From assembly GCA_015654795.1 (NCBI GenBank), contig JAATGF010000062.1, forward strand, positions 8,102-72,101: a stretch of 64,000 nt of DNA, written 5' to 3'. This document shows positions 28,889 to 39,099 of the stretch, one piece after another. Both the position numbers and the translations under genes were made by a program. The stretch comes from Bacteroidales bacterium (lineage in GTDB: Bacteria > Bacteroidota > Bacteroidia > Bacteroidales > Prolixibacteraceae). Numbering within the stretch: position 1 is the stretch's first letter; the number at the start of each line of letters is the position of its first letter. The notes beneath the pieces are model-generated. The model searched no databases. It saw only the letters and a program-made list of their open reading frames with translations, and was not told where the DNA came from.

Positions 28889-30829
28889 ATGAGAAGAACA
28901 TATTCATTATTCGTTATAGCACTCTTCATCTGTTCAAATGCAATGTCGCAGTTAAATGTAATGAAATTAATTAGTCCGGATAAAAGAACATCCCTGCAAC
29001 TTGAGCGCAATAAAGATGGAAAACTTTGTTTTTCCATTGCTAAAAATGGAGAAGTATTAATTAACCCCTCTGTCCTTGGAATCTGCATCAACGGACACGA
29101 TTATGGGCTGAATACCGTTATCGGTAAAATGTCAAAACAAACCGTAAACGAAATATTTCCTGTTTTGGGGGATAAAAAATCAGCAAACTACACTGCCATC
29201 CGTTACAAAATTCTGTTTGAGGAACATGAAAACAATCAACCATGGGTATTGGAATGTGATGTATCAAACGAGGGCGTCGCATTTCGATACATTATAGGAG
29301 AAAACAGAATGAATCATGTAAATATTGAAAACACCACTTTCACCATTTGCGACCACACAAAAGTTTGGTTCTTCGAGCGAAACAACGACTGGAAACTTAA
29401 ATCGTATGCAGGAGAATGGAAGAGCTGCAATATCCGGGAATTGAATGGTATTTCTGCCTTAAGTCCGGTTCAGGGTTGTCCCCTGATTCTTGAATTCAAA
29501 AATAATTCATTTGGCTTAATTACGGAGGCAGCTTTGTATAATTATAGTGGCGTACGTTGGGAAACCATAGGTACTAATACCATAAAGGCTAATTTCCCGG
29601 AGGGAGAAAAAGGATTTGACGTACAGGGGACAATAACTACTCCATGGAGAGTCTGTCTATTAGCGGATAACCTGAATGACCTTGTAAACAACAATTTAAT
29701 TTATGGATTGAACCCAGCTCCTGATAAAACACTATTTGCAGATACTGACTGGATAAAACCGGGTCGTTCCGTATGGCGCTGGTGGAGTCGTGGAACCGGC
29801 AATCCAACAGAAGAAAAAGAAATAATTGAATCAGGGTCGCTGCTTGGTTTTGAATATTCATTAATCGACGAAGGATGGGAAAAATGGGATAATAAATGGT
29901 CCGATCTGAAAGATTTATGCAATTATGGCAAAAGTAAAAATATTGGAATCTGGGTCTGGAAACACTCTGATGAATTGAATTCACCTGAAAATGGGTATAA
30001 AAAAATGAGATTGTTTTTGGATAGTTTGAAAAACGCAGGAGTTTGTGGAGTCAAAGTCGATTTTATGAATGGTGAAAGCAAAACAATAATCGATTTTGAT
30101 ATTGCCCTTTTGAGGCTTGCCGCAGAGCGAAAATTAATGGTCAACCTGCATGGATGCCAGAAGCCTTCGGGTGAGGCCCGTACTTACCCCAATGAGCTTA
30201 CACGCGAAGGAATCCGGGGATTGGAGCTTAACCTAATGAACGAAGGACCTATACCCCCGGATCATAACGCAGCCCTCCCCTTTACACGCATGGTTGTGGG
30301 AAATGGAGACTATACCCCGTTAGGCTTTACTTCCCCGGGGAAGACCACCTGGGCTCACCAGATAGCAACATTGGTTTGTTTTCGATCACCCTTACAATGT
30401 ATAGCTGAAGATCCCTTGTTTTTATTGAATAATGCAATGATTCATCCGGCACTGGAGATGATCAAAGCAATCCCCGCTGTATGGGATCAGACAATTGTTT
30501 TATCCGGAAGCAAAATAGGAGATGTCGCTATTATTGCCCGCCGCAATGGTATGGATTGGTTTGTTGGTGTATTGAATGGTCCTGGTGCAAAAGAAATTCG
30601 GATTCCGTTTTCATTTCTCCCCAAAGGCGCACACCAAATAAAGATCATACAGGATGACACAGATGCAAAATTAGTCGATTTAAGAGGGCTGTCACCAAAA
30701 GCAAAATTAAAAGAGAGTCCTTTTGCTGTCCCGTTTAAAGTATCTCAAAAAAATGTCCTGTCAACGGACACCATGACAATGAATTTAATAAATGGCGGTG
30801 GATTACTAATCTATTTCAGTAATAAATAA
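28889..30829 (+). CDS. GH97 glycoside hydrolase (alpha-glucosidase/alpha-galactosidase family)
   Basis: 646 aa with a signal/lipoprotein-like N-terminus (LFICSNAMSQ). Diagnostic central blocks are GFEYSLIDEGWEKW, GIWVWKH and GVCGVKVDFMNGE..LMVNLHGCQKPSGEARTYPNELTREGIRGLE. Confidence 0.85.
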   Translation: MRRTYSLFVIALFICSNAMSQLNVMKLISPDKRTSLQLERNKDGKLCFSIAKNGEVLINPSVLGICINGHDYGLNTVIGKMSKQTVNEIFPVLGDKKSANYTAIRYKILFEEHENNQPWVLECDVSNEGVAFRYIIGENRMNHVNIENTTFTICDHTKVWFFERNNDWKLKSYAGEWKSCNIRELNGISALSPVQGCPLILEFKNNSFGLITEAALYNYSGVRWETIGTNTIKANFPEGEKGFDVQGTITTPWRVCLLADNLNDLVNNNLIYGLNPAPDKTLFADTDWIKPGRSVWRWWSRGTGNPTEEKEIIESGSLLGFEYSLIDEGWEKWDNKWSDLKDLCNYGKSKNIGIWVWKHSDELNSPENGYKKMRLFLDSLKNAGVCGVKVDFMNGESKTIIDFDIALLRLAAERKLMVNLHGCQKPSGEARTYPNELTREGIRGLELNLMNEGPIPPDHNAALPFTRMVVGNGDYTPLGFTSPGKTTWAHQIATLVCFRSPLQCIAEDPLFLLNNAMIHPALEMIKAIPAVWDQTIVLSGSKIGDVAIIARRNGMDWFVGVLNGPGAKEIRIPFSFLPKGAHQIKIIQDDTDAKLVDLRGLSPKAKLKESPFAVPFKVSQKNVLSTDTMTMNLINGGGLLIYFSNK

Positions 30830-30859
30830 CAGGTGATCAAAATCCATAAACCGATAAAT

Positions 30860-31839
30860 ATGAATTACATAAAATTTATATCTCACAAAAGATGGTTAAT
30901 CATTTTGTGTTTCTTTTCTTTACCTGCTCCATGTTTTTCATTTATAAACCCCATTCAGAAACATCGGGTTATAATAAGTACGGATATTGGCGGAAGTGAT
31001 CCTGATGACTTTCAGTCGATGATTCATCTTTTTCTTTATGCAGACACTTTAGATATCGTTGGATTGGTATCATCACCTCCTCAGAATGGCCGTAAAGAAT
31101 CAATCCTGGAAGTTATTGATGCTTACGAAAAGGATTATCCAAAATTAAAAAAGAAGAACAGTGAATATCCTACGGCTGATTATCTTAGATCAGTAACAAG
31201 GCAGGGAGCGTTAACTACGCAACTGTCGGTAAAACCGGAAGACGGAATCAGTGAAGGGGTGAAATTAATTATCGATGAGGCAAAGAAAAGGGATTCGGGA
31301 CCGCTTTACATTCTTGTGTGGGGTTCAATAACAGATATCGCCCAGGCCTTACATGCTGCGCCTGATATTAAATCAAAAATCAGGGTCTATTATATTGGGG
31401 CCTGGAACACGCAACAAGACAGCAATGCCCGAAACTATGTTTATGATGATCATCCTGATTTATGGCTCATCGAGAATAATACCACTTTTCGGGGTATGTA
31501 TATGGGTGGATATCAGGAAAACGATTATGGAAATGAGCGTTTTATCAGTTCTCATCTAAAAATGCCGGGGCACTGGGAGATTTGTTTTGCCATAAGAAAG
31601 GCGATATTAAAATGGGTGATACCCCTTCAGTCTTGTACTTATTGAATGGTGATCCATCCAACCCCGAATCAGAAAGCTGGGGAGGTCGTTTTCAAAAAAC
31701 ACAACATGGCGCTAATTACTGGACAGATATACAAACACCAGAATACTCCGAAAGCAGCAAAGCAGGAGCCAAAACAGTAAATAAATGGCGTACCGATTAT
31801 TTAAACGATTGGAAACTCAGAATCAACTATCTGAAATAG
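30860..31839 (+). pseudogene. DUF1593 (nucleoside-hydrolase-like) family protein with an apparent 1-nt frameshift in an A-run
   Basis: ORF 30833..31645 (GTG; ATG at 30860) carries VIISTDIGGSDPDDFQSMIHLFLYADTLDIVGLVSSPP. The C-terminus (..NAGALGDLFCHKKGDIKMGDTPSVLYLLNGDPSNPESESWGGRFQK..) continues in ORF 31582..31839. The frames join at the A5 run 31558-31562. This could be a sequencing error rather than real decay. Confidence 0.65.
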
Positions 31840-32030
31840 AATCACTTAAATTCACGTCGTCAAAATCCAAATAAAATTTGAGAAGAACGATATGCAATAG
31901 ACCGGCCAGTCCTGTTTTTTACAGCCTGGTCCGATTTGTATTTCTTCAACAGGCGCGGTTAACGATTGTTGGTTGGACAAGCTAAATTTCTCCGGTCCAA
32001 TTTAGATATTTGATTCATTATTCTATTTTT

Positions 32031-32078
32031 CGAAAACGTTTCCGAAAAATAAAAACGTTTCCGAAAACGTTTCCGAAA
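32031..32078. promoter_or_regulatory. Three direct copies of the AAACGTTTCCGAAAA operator-like motif upstream of the SSS transporter/GH78 genes
   Basis: AAACGTTT cores lie at 32034-32041, 32053-32060 and 32065-32072, each followed by CCGAAAA, about 85-130 nt upstream of the ATG at 32161. It is the same word as in the lacI-proximal cluster. Confidence 0.45.
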
Positions 32079-32160
32079 ATAAAAAGTTCTTTTTTCTTTC
32101 AGTCGCATCAACAATATCCTAATATTGTCATCGAAAAACTACCAAACTAATATTTCACAA

Positions 32161-33855
32161 ATGACGCTTCTCGATTATTTTGTAATCGCACTATTTTCTC
32201 TGATGATCATATTTATCGGTCTCTCCTTTTCAAAAAAATCGGGAAGCGATATGCTCACCTTCTTTGCCGCAGGGGGTGCAGTTCCATGGTGGATTAACAG
32301 CTTATCTTTATTTATGGGTTTTGTCTCAGCAAGCACATTTGTAGTCTGGGGTTCAATAGCTTACTCGTCGGGCTGGGTTGCGATAACCATTCAGTGGGCG
32401 ATGTCGGTAGCGGGTTTGGTGACAGGAATCTTTATTGCACCAAAATGGCACAAAACCAAATCTTTAACCGCTGCAGAATACATTTGTCACCGGCTGGGAA
32501 TCCAAACTCAAAAGACCTACTCCTACATCTATTTGTCCATCATGGTCTTCCTTAAAGGGGTATGCCTGTATGCTGTCGCAATTATTCTGCAGGTTACTAC
32601 CGGAATATCTTTGTATTGGTGGATCGGATTGCTGGGAGCAATTGTAATACTATACACGACCTTTGGTGGATTATGGGCTGTTGTAGTAACCGATGTACTG
32701 CAATTTATTATCCTTATTTCGGCGGGATTGATCCTGCTTCCCTTGTCATTTGATAAGATAGGCGGTATCTCCGGTTTTGTTAATTCAATTCAAGCGCAGC
32801 ATATTAATGAATTTTTTAATCTTAGCGACCATAAATATACAATAAGCTTCCTGCTTGGATTTTTGTTCTACAACATCTTTTATCTGGGCGGACAATGGAG
32901 TTTTATACAACGTTATACAAGCGTAGCGTCACCAAAGGAATCTAAAAAGGTGGGTATTTTGTTCGGACTGTTCTATATCGTCGCCCCTGTAATCTGGATG
33001 TTGCCACCTATGATTTACAGGGCTGTAAATCCGGGTTTGGTTGGTATTGAAAGTGAGCAGGCTTATATGCAAATGTGCAAAACGGTATTGCCATCCGGAA
33101 TGCTGGGATTGATTACGATCAGCCTCATTTTTGCAACCAACAGTTCTGTCCAGGGTTTCCTGAATATTTCTGCCGGGGTCATTACCAACGATTTATTCAA
33201 AGCTTTTTATCCCCAATCGTCTGAAAAACTTTTAATGCGGATCGCAAGGATAGCCACTTTACTGATGGGACTGATTGTGATCTTAATGGGACTGTTGGTT
33301 CCTTTAATGGGAGGTGCGACTAATGTGATCCTCAGTGTTGCCTCCATCACGGGTGGAGCCATGTATTTCCCTTTAATCTGGACACTATTTTCCAAAAGGC
33401 AAAATAGCTATACCGTACTTGGAACTACAATTCTTGCATTGCTCGTATCTCTCGCATTTAAATTTGTCATTCCTTCCCTGACCGGAAATTCATTGTCAAG
33501 GGCAGCCGAAATGGTCATGGGAGTCGTTGTTCCAATGTCGATTATTGCTTTCTTCGAAATAGGATTACGGTTAAAAAAGAGCTCGGCAATTGAATTCGAA
33601 AATTATCAACGCTATCTATCCCTTAAAATTGATTCCATTGCCCCGACTTCCGATTCATCTGTTGATTCAGAGGTTGAAAACAGATTTGGCAAGCGGATGA
33701 TCGCCATAGGAATTCTTGCTACGGGACTGATCATCGGAGGACTGGGTGCAATAGCTGTAAATGGGAAAGTCTATGTGCTTGGGATGGCGCTTATTTTGCT
33801 GCTAATCGGATATAGAATATTACCCAAAACATCAAAAATCAAATCTGATAAATGA
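32161..33855 (+). CDS. Sodium:solute symporter (SSS) family transporter
   Basis: ORF 32125..33855 starts at TTG, and the first ATG is at 32161. It is polytopic with about 13-14 hydrophobic helices, with SSS-like blocks (FFAAGGAVPWWINSLSLFM; GGLWAVVVTDVLQFIIL). Confidence 0.8.
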   Translation: MTLLDYFVIALFSLMIIFIGLSFSKKSGSDMLTFFAAGGAVPWWINSLSLFMGFVSASTFVVWGSIAYSSGWVAITIQWAMSVAGLVTGIFIAPKWHKTKSLTAAEYICHRLGIQTQKTYSYIYLSIMVFLKGVCLYAVAIILQVTTGISLYWWIGLLGAIVILYTTFGGLWAVVVTDVLQFIILISAGLILLPLSFDKIGGISGFVNSIQAQHINEFFNLSDHKYTISFLLGFLFYNIFYLGGQWSFIQRYTSVASPKESKKVGILFGLFYIVAPVIWMLPPMIYRAVNPGLVGIESEQAYMQMCKTVLPSGMLGLITISLIFATNSSVQGFLNISAGVITNDLFKAFYPQSSEKLLMRIARIATLLMGLIVILMGLLVPLMGGATNVILSVASITGGAMYFPLIWTLFSKRQNSYTVLGTTILALLVSLAFKFVIPSLTGNSLSRAAEMVMGVVVPMSIIAFFEIGLRLKKSSAIEFENYQRYLSLKIDSIAPTSDSSVDSEVENRFGKRMIAIGILATGLIIGGLGAIAVNGKVYVLGMALILLLIGYRILPKTSKIKSDK

Positions 33856-33941
33856 TGATCGATTTCAAATATATCAGGATTTGCCTTCGATCGTGGGTAC
33901 CCGGAGTGAGCATGCAATCTCAAAAAAGAGATGATCAGCCT

Positions 33942-36680
33942 ATGCATTTAAAAATTTCTTTTTTACGGTTATTTCTGCTTCTTTCATTCCTGGCATCAGG
34001 AATGGCAGTTTCGGCAGCTAAGCCGGGCGCTCCGTCGTTTCTGAGGGTTGACTATACTATAAATCCGATGGGGATCACGAATCAAAAACCCGTTTTCAGC
34101 TGGCTCATGCAGGATGCTGATCGTGGAGAAAAACAAATAGCTTATGAAATTATTATAGCATCTACAGTTGAAAAAATAAACAAAAATACTGGCGACATCT
34201 GGGCTACCGGATGGGTTAATTCCGATCAGCAAAATGGAATAGTCTACAATGGTGTACCTTTATCCTCTAAAACAACCTATTTCTGGAAATCGAGGGTGAA
34301 AGATAAGGATGAGAATATGAGTCCTTTCGGTTCAACCGCAACTTTCGAAACTGGTTTATTCAATAACGACTGGACAGCAAAATGGATTTATGTTGAAGAT
34401 AATTTACAGAAACCCTTTTTCAATCCGAAAACCGTTAATTATAAAGATTCAACAGTACATCCGCTTTATGATAGCAGGAACTGGGAAGGTGATACCTGGC
34501 AGAAACTCGTTACCGGCAAATTGCTAAGGAAGGAATTTCAACTTCCCTCGAAAACCATTAAACAGGCTCGTGTCTATATTGCAAACCTGGGATATTATGA
34601 ATTTAGGATTAATGGGATAAGAGTAGGTGATCATGTCCTTGATCCCGGAATGACAGATTGCACCAAAAGGGTATTATCGGTAACCTATGATGTAAAGGAC
34701 CTTCTTCAAAATGGGTCGAATGCTGTAGGAGTTATGCTTTCAAACGGACGGCTGATCAACAGCAAAGACGGCTTCCGGTTTCAGCTGGAGATTGAATATG
34801 AAGACAATCAGAAAATTAATGTGTTAAGTGATGAAAGCTGGAAAGGAACCTGCGATGCACCTTTTAAATCTGTTATTAACTGGGGGATATCAAAGGAATT
34901 ATTCGATGCGGCCAAGGAACAAACAGGCTGGGATAAAAAGGGCTTCAATGATGTCGGATGGAAATCAGTCAAAGTAAACAACCTTGATTTAAAGATTGAC
35001 GCTCAGCTTGAAGCAATCAGGGTGATTGAAGTCATCAAACCTGTCCGTACAATTAAATTATCAGATAGTGTCTACAGGTACGACATGGGTCAGAATTTTT
35101 CCGGGTGGGCTCGGATGAAGGTAAACGGTCCGAAAGGGAAGATCATTAAAATTCAATATTCCGACACTCAGGAAAGCCTTATGGATTTTAACCAGGAGGA
35201 CCAGTATACACTCAAAGGCGGAGGAGTTGAAACCTTTGAACCACGCTTTACCTATCATGGCTTCCAGTGGATTACTTTAATCGGCTACCCGGGTATCCCT
35301 GCAATTGAGAGCATCCAGGGTTGTGTTGTTCATACAGACCTTACAAAAACGGGAACTTTCAGTTGCTCCAACAAGATGTTGACTCAGTTGTATCAGAATA
35401 GCCAGTGGAGCCTAAGAACAAATGTCCACAGCGTATATACCGATTGTCCAAGCCGCGAAAAAGTGCCCTGGCTGGGACAATGGAGTCAGGAAACGTTAAG
35501 CCAGAATTTCGATATGGGTAAGTTTTTCCTTAAGTGGAAAGACGATATTATTGCGGCACAGGATTCTGACGGTCGTATTTCGGATAAGGTACCGGGCAGA
35601 ATTCACTATGGCTGGAACGGGACAGATCCCGTTTGGGTCTCTGAGGTGGTGCTTGGAACTTACGATATCTACAGGGCAATTGGCGATAAAAAGCAGTTAT
35701 CGGATAGCTATCCCGTACTTCAGAAATTAATTGGCTATTATCAATCAATCGCCGATAGCAATAAAATGATATCTCAGAGCAGATGGGGCGATCATATCGG
35801 GCTTGATAAGCCGTCACCAGCCTATTTAAGCAGTGCCTATTTCTTTCAGATGGTTAAAACGATGACGCTTATTGCAACCGAACTCAATAAAAAGGAGGAT
35901 GTCGCCACTTATAAATCATTGGCAGAATCGATCAGGCGGAATATAAACAGAATCTATTTCCACGAAAACGGTTACGACAATAACTCTCAGGGAGCCAATG
36001 CCGTAGCACTTCATTTCGGAATTGTCCCCGAAGACCTGATACCCGCGGTGATGAAAAGCCTTGAACAGGACATCGTGCGAAAAGGATACCATGTGAGCAC
36101 TGGAGGAGCGACTACCTACAACTTAATGAATGCATTGTGGAAATACAATAAAACTTCGCTTGGTTATGAAATGGCTTCACAAGACAGTTATCCCGGCTGG
36201 GGATTCTGGTTAAAAAACGGCGCTACAACAAGCTGGGAACAATGGGATGTAAATAACGCTTCAAAAAACCATGGATGGTTAGGCTCTTATCTTTCATCGT
36301 GGATGGTTAAAGCCATTGGTGGTATTTCCATTCTGGAACCGGGCTATCATAAAATCAAGATTATCCCCGGGATTGCTGGAGAGCTGAGTTTTGCGAAAAC
36401 TTCAATTGAAACGATAAAAGGGAAAGTTGCATTTTCGTGGTCAAAACAATCACCAGGGAAACTGGAAATGGTGGTGACTATTCCGCCCAATAGCACGGCG
36501 GAGGTTTATATCCCGTCGAAAAATATTTTATCAATCAGGGAAGGTACCGTATCAATCTGGGAAAATGGTAAACCCACCGGAAAGGCAGCTGCCGTGGGTT
36601 GGAAAGGGCGACAGGAAAACTATACAATCTGGGATATAGGATCGGGGACGTATAAATTTCAAATTACGGATAAATTATAA
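33942..36680 (+). CDS. GH78 alpha-L-rhamnosidase
   Basis: ORF 33852..36680, with the likely start at 33942 (MHLKISFLRLFLLLSFLASGMAVSA signal). The N-terminal rhamnosidase block is LRVDYTINPMGI..PVFSW..QIAYEIIIAS..IWATGWVNSDQQNGIVYNGVPLSSKTTYFWKSRV. The six-hairpin catalytic region includes ..VYTDCPSREKVPWLGQW... Confidence 0.88.
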   Translation: MHLKISFLRLFLLLSFLASGMAVSAAKPGAPSFLRVDYTINPMGITNQKPVFSWLMQDADRGEKQIAYEIIIASTVEKINKNTGDIWATGWVNSDQQNGIVYNGVPLSSKTTYFWKSRVKDKDENMSPFGSTATFETGLFNNDWTAKWIYVEDNLQKPFFNPKTVNYKDSTVHPLYDSRNWEGDTWQKLVTGKLLRKEFQLPSKTIKQARVYIANLGYYEFRINGIRVGDHVLDPGMTDCTKRVLSVTYDVKDLLQNGSNAVGVMLSNGRLINSKDGFRFQLEIEYEDNQKINVLSDESWKGTCDAPFKSVINWGISKELFDAAKEQTGWDKKGFNDVGWKSVKVNNLDLKIDAQLEAIRVIEVIKPVRTIKLSDSVYRYDMGQNFSGWARMKVNGPKGKIIKIQYSDTQESLMDFNQEDQYTLKGGGVETFEPRFTYHGFQWITLIGYPGIPAIESIQGCVVHTDLTKTGTFSCSNKMLTQLYQNSQWSLRTNVHSVYTDCPSREKVPWLGQWSQETLSQNFDMGKFFLKWKDDIIAAQDSDGRISDKVPGRIHYGWNGTDPVWVSEVVLGTYDIYRAIGDKKQLSDSYPVLQKLIGYYQSIADSNKMISQSRWGDHIGLDKPSPAYLSSAYFFQMVKTMTLIATELNKKEDVATYKSLAESIRRNINRIYFHENGYDNNSQGANAVALHFGIVPEDLIPAVMKSLEQDIVRKGYHVSTGGATTYNLMNALWKYNKTSLGYEMASQDSYPGWGFWLKNGATTSWEQWDVNNASKNHGWLGSYLSSWMVKAIGGISILEPGYHKIKIIPGIAGELSFAKTSIETIKGKVAFSWSKQSPGKLEMVVTIPPNSTAEVYIPSKNILSIREGTVSIWENGKPTGKAAAVGWKGRQENYTIWDIGSGTYKFQITDKL

Positions 36681-36779
36681 TCAAACTATAGAAAATGCAG
36701 CATAAACTACTGGTTTAAATGGGATTATAATGCGCATTCAGAATTATTTATTGTCAAAATTTACTAAAAAAATAAAATC

Positions 36780-39056
36780 GTGATCAAGGAATCCTTTGTG
36801 ACAAAAAGAGAGTCTAAATCAAAAACATTAAATGCCGGTTTCGTAGTGGTAGGTGGTGGTTTGGCAGGCACATGTGCGGCTATCGCTGCAGCCAGATCCG
36901 GAATCAGCGTATTACTCATTCAGGATCGTCCGGTTTTGGGAGGAAATTCATCGAGCGAGGTGAGACTCTGGGTATTGGGAGCTACGTCGCACATGGGCAA
37001 TAACAACAGGTGGGCCCGCGAAGGTGGCGTTATTGACGAAATACTCGTTGAAAACCTTTATCGTAACAGGGAAGGGAATTCAATTATTTTCGATACCGTA
37101 TTGCTGGAGAAAGTCACAAAAGAATCCAATATTACGCTATTGCTCAATACAATGGTTTATGAGGTTGAAAAAAAAGACAACACCGCTATTTCATCTGTAA
37201 AGGCGTTTTGTAGTCAGAATTCCACTGAATATATCTTAAATGCTCCTTTATTTTGTGATGCTTCCGGAGATGGCATTTTGGCTTTTAGTGCAGGAGCTTC
37301 TTTCCGAATGGGAGCAGAAGCAAAAGCCGAATTCGGTGAAGGATTTACGCCAACAGAAGAATACGGTGAACTTTTAGGACATACCATGTACTTTTACAGC
37401 AAAGAGACCGGGCGACCTGTCAAATACGTTGCCCCTTCGTACGCTTTAAAGGATATCACTAAAATACCCCGATTCAAAAGTATTAAAACCGGAGAAATGG
37501 GTTGTAATTTCTGGTGGTTCGAATTTGGAGGACGAGGCGACACTGTTCACAACACCGAAGAGATTAAATGGCAGCTTTGGAGCGTGATTTACGGGGCTTG
37601 GGATTATATCAAAAACTCCGGCAAATTTCCGCATTCTGAAAATCAAACATTGGAATGGGTTGGAACCATCCCTGGAAAACGCGAAAGCAGGCGATTCGAA
37701 GGTGAGTACATCCTGAAACAGCAGGATATTATTGAACAAGCGCACTTCCCCGATGCTGTTTCATTTGGCGGCTGGGCAATTGACCTGCATCCTGCGGATG
37801 GCGTATTCTCCGAATTGCCTGCCTGCAACCAGTACCATTCAAAAGGTATCTATGAAATCCCATATCGGTGTTTAATCAGTAAAGATATTAAGAACCTGTT
37901 TATTGCAGGACGGTTAATCAGCGCTTCGCATGTTGCATTTGGATCAACCCGCGTGATGGCAACTTCTGCTCATGGCGCCCAGGCAATTGGTATATCAGCA
38001 GCCTTATGCAAACAAAACGGGATGAGCCCGGCGGACGTATCCAAAGCCGAAAATATTAAAAACCTTCAGCAAAAGTTAAATATTAACGGCCAAAGTATCC
38101 CGGGAGTGCCAATTAATGAAAAAGAAAATTTAGCAGCGCAAGGTCTTATTAATATTTCGAGCGAATTAGTTCTCGATGAGATTCCATTTGATGGCAACTG
38201 GCTGGATTTGAATATATCTGTTGGTCAGCTATTGCCTTTAAGCAAAGATATCCAGTACACTTTTGAGATTTCGGTCGATGCCAGTGTTGCAACATCCATT
38301 GAAGCAGAATTGCAAACCAGCTCAAAGGTGTTCAACTATACACCCGACAACCTCGTTGAAAAACAAATCATCGATTTAAAGCAGGGACTGCAGACTGTTA
38401 AAATAGTATTTCAGAATACTCTAACTGAAAATCAGTATGCTTTTATCCTGTTCAGGAAAAACCCCGATGTAAAAATCAGGTGTAGTGAAAAACGGATCAG
38501 TGGTATTTTATCCGTTTTCAACAAAATCAATCCTGCAGTAAATAACTATGGCAAGCAAACCCCTCCCGAAAACAGTGGCTTTGAGTCGTTTGAATTCTGG
38601 TGTCCCGAGCGGCGTCCAAAAGGGCACAACATTGCGATGTCGATTTCGCCGGCACTGGACTGTTTCCAAAAAAGGAATATAACAAACGGATATATCCGTC
38701 CTTACATTCAAACAAATGCCTGGGTAGCCGATTGGAACGATGCAAATCCTTCTGTAACAATAAAATGGGATGAACCAAAATCGATCCATTCCATCTCCTT
38801 GTTTTTTGACACCGACTATGATCACCCGATGGAATCATCACAAATGGGACATCCTGAAGATGTGATTCCTTTCTGCGTCCGTGAGTTCAAAATCCTCGAT
38901 GTAAACGGAAAGCTCCTGTTTGAGAAAACAGATAACCATCAAACGATCAACCGATGGATTCCCGATCAGGTTCTGACCACTGAATATTTAAAATTTGAAT
39001 TTGAGCATCCGCTTGGCAATGTTCCCGCATCAGTATTTGAAATATATATTGATTAA
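36780..39056 (+). CDS. PF12831-type FAD-dependent oxidoreductase-like protein, leaderless, with a ~300-aa C-terminal beta-sandwich-like extension
   Basis: 758 aa starting at GTG, with no in-frame ATG before the Rossmann motif. Motifs are FVVVGGGLAGTCAAIAAARSG..IQDRPVLGGNSSSE, IPGKRESRRFEGEY and IPYRCLISKDIKNLFIAGRLISASHVAFGSTRVMAT. There is no signal peptide. Confidence 0.75.
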   Translation: MIKESFVTKRESKSKTLNAGFVVVGGGLAGTCAAIAAARSGISVLLIQDRPVLGGNSSSEVRLWVLGATSHMGNNNRWAREGGVIDEILVENLYRNREGNSIIFDTVLLEKVTKESNITLLLNTMVYEVEKKDNTAISSVKAFCSQNSTEYILNAPLFCDASGDGILAFSAGASFRMGAEAKAEFGEGFTPTEEYGELLGHTMYFYSKETGRPVKYVAPSYALKDITKIPRFKSIKTGEMGCNFWWFEFGGRGDTVHNTEEIKWQLWSVIYGAWDYIKNSGKFPHSENQTLEWVGTIPGKRESRRFEGEYILKQQDIIEQAHFPDAVSFGGWAIDLHPADGVFSELPACNQYHSKGIYEIPYRCLISKDIKNLFIAGRLISASHVAFGSTRVMATSAHGAQAIGISAALCKQNGMSPADVSKAENIKNLQQKLNINGQSIPGVPINEKENLAAQGLINISSELVLDEIPFDGNWLDLNISVGQLLPLSKDIQYTFEISVDASVATSIEAELQTSSKVFNYTPDNLVEKQIIDLKQGLQTVKIVFQNTLTENQYAFILFRKNPDVKIRCSEKRISGILSVFNKINPAVNNYGKQTPPENSGFESFEFWCPERRPKGHNIAMSISPALDCFQKRNITNGYIRPYIQTNAWVADWNDANPSVTIKWDEPKSIHSISLFFDTDYDHPMESSQMGHPEDVIPFCVREFKILDVNGKLLFEKTDNHQTINRWIPDQVLTTEYLKFEFEHPLGNVPASVFEIYID

Positions 39057-39099
39057 CAGGTAAATCTCAAAAATTTAATGTGTATTTAAATTTTAACCA

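Noticed and set aside
32031-32078. Closely spaced direct repeats considered as a mini CRISPR array or other repeat array
   Set aside because: The units are only about 12-19 nt with 0-7 nt between them. There are no spacers of CRISPR size and no cas genes. The word is palindromic at its core and recurs at the lacI promoter, which fits transcription-factor operators.
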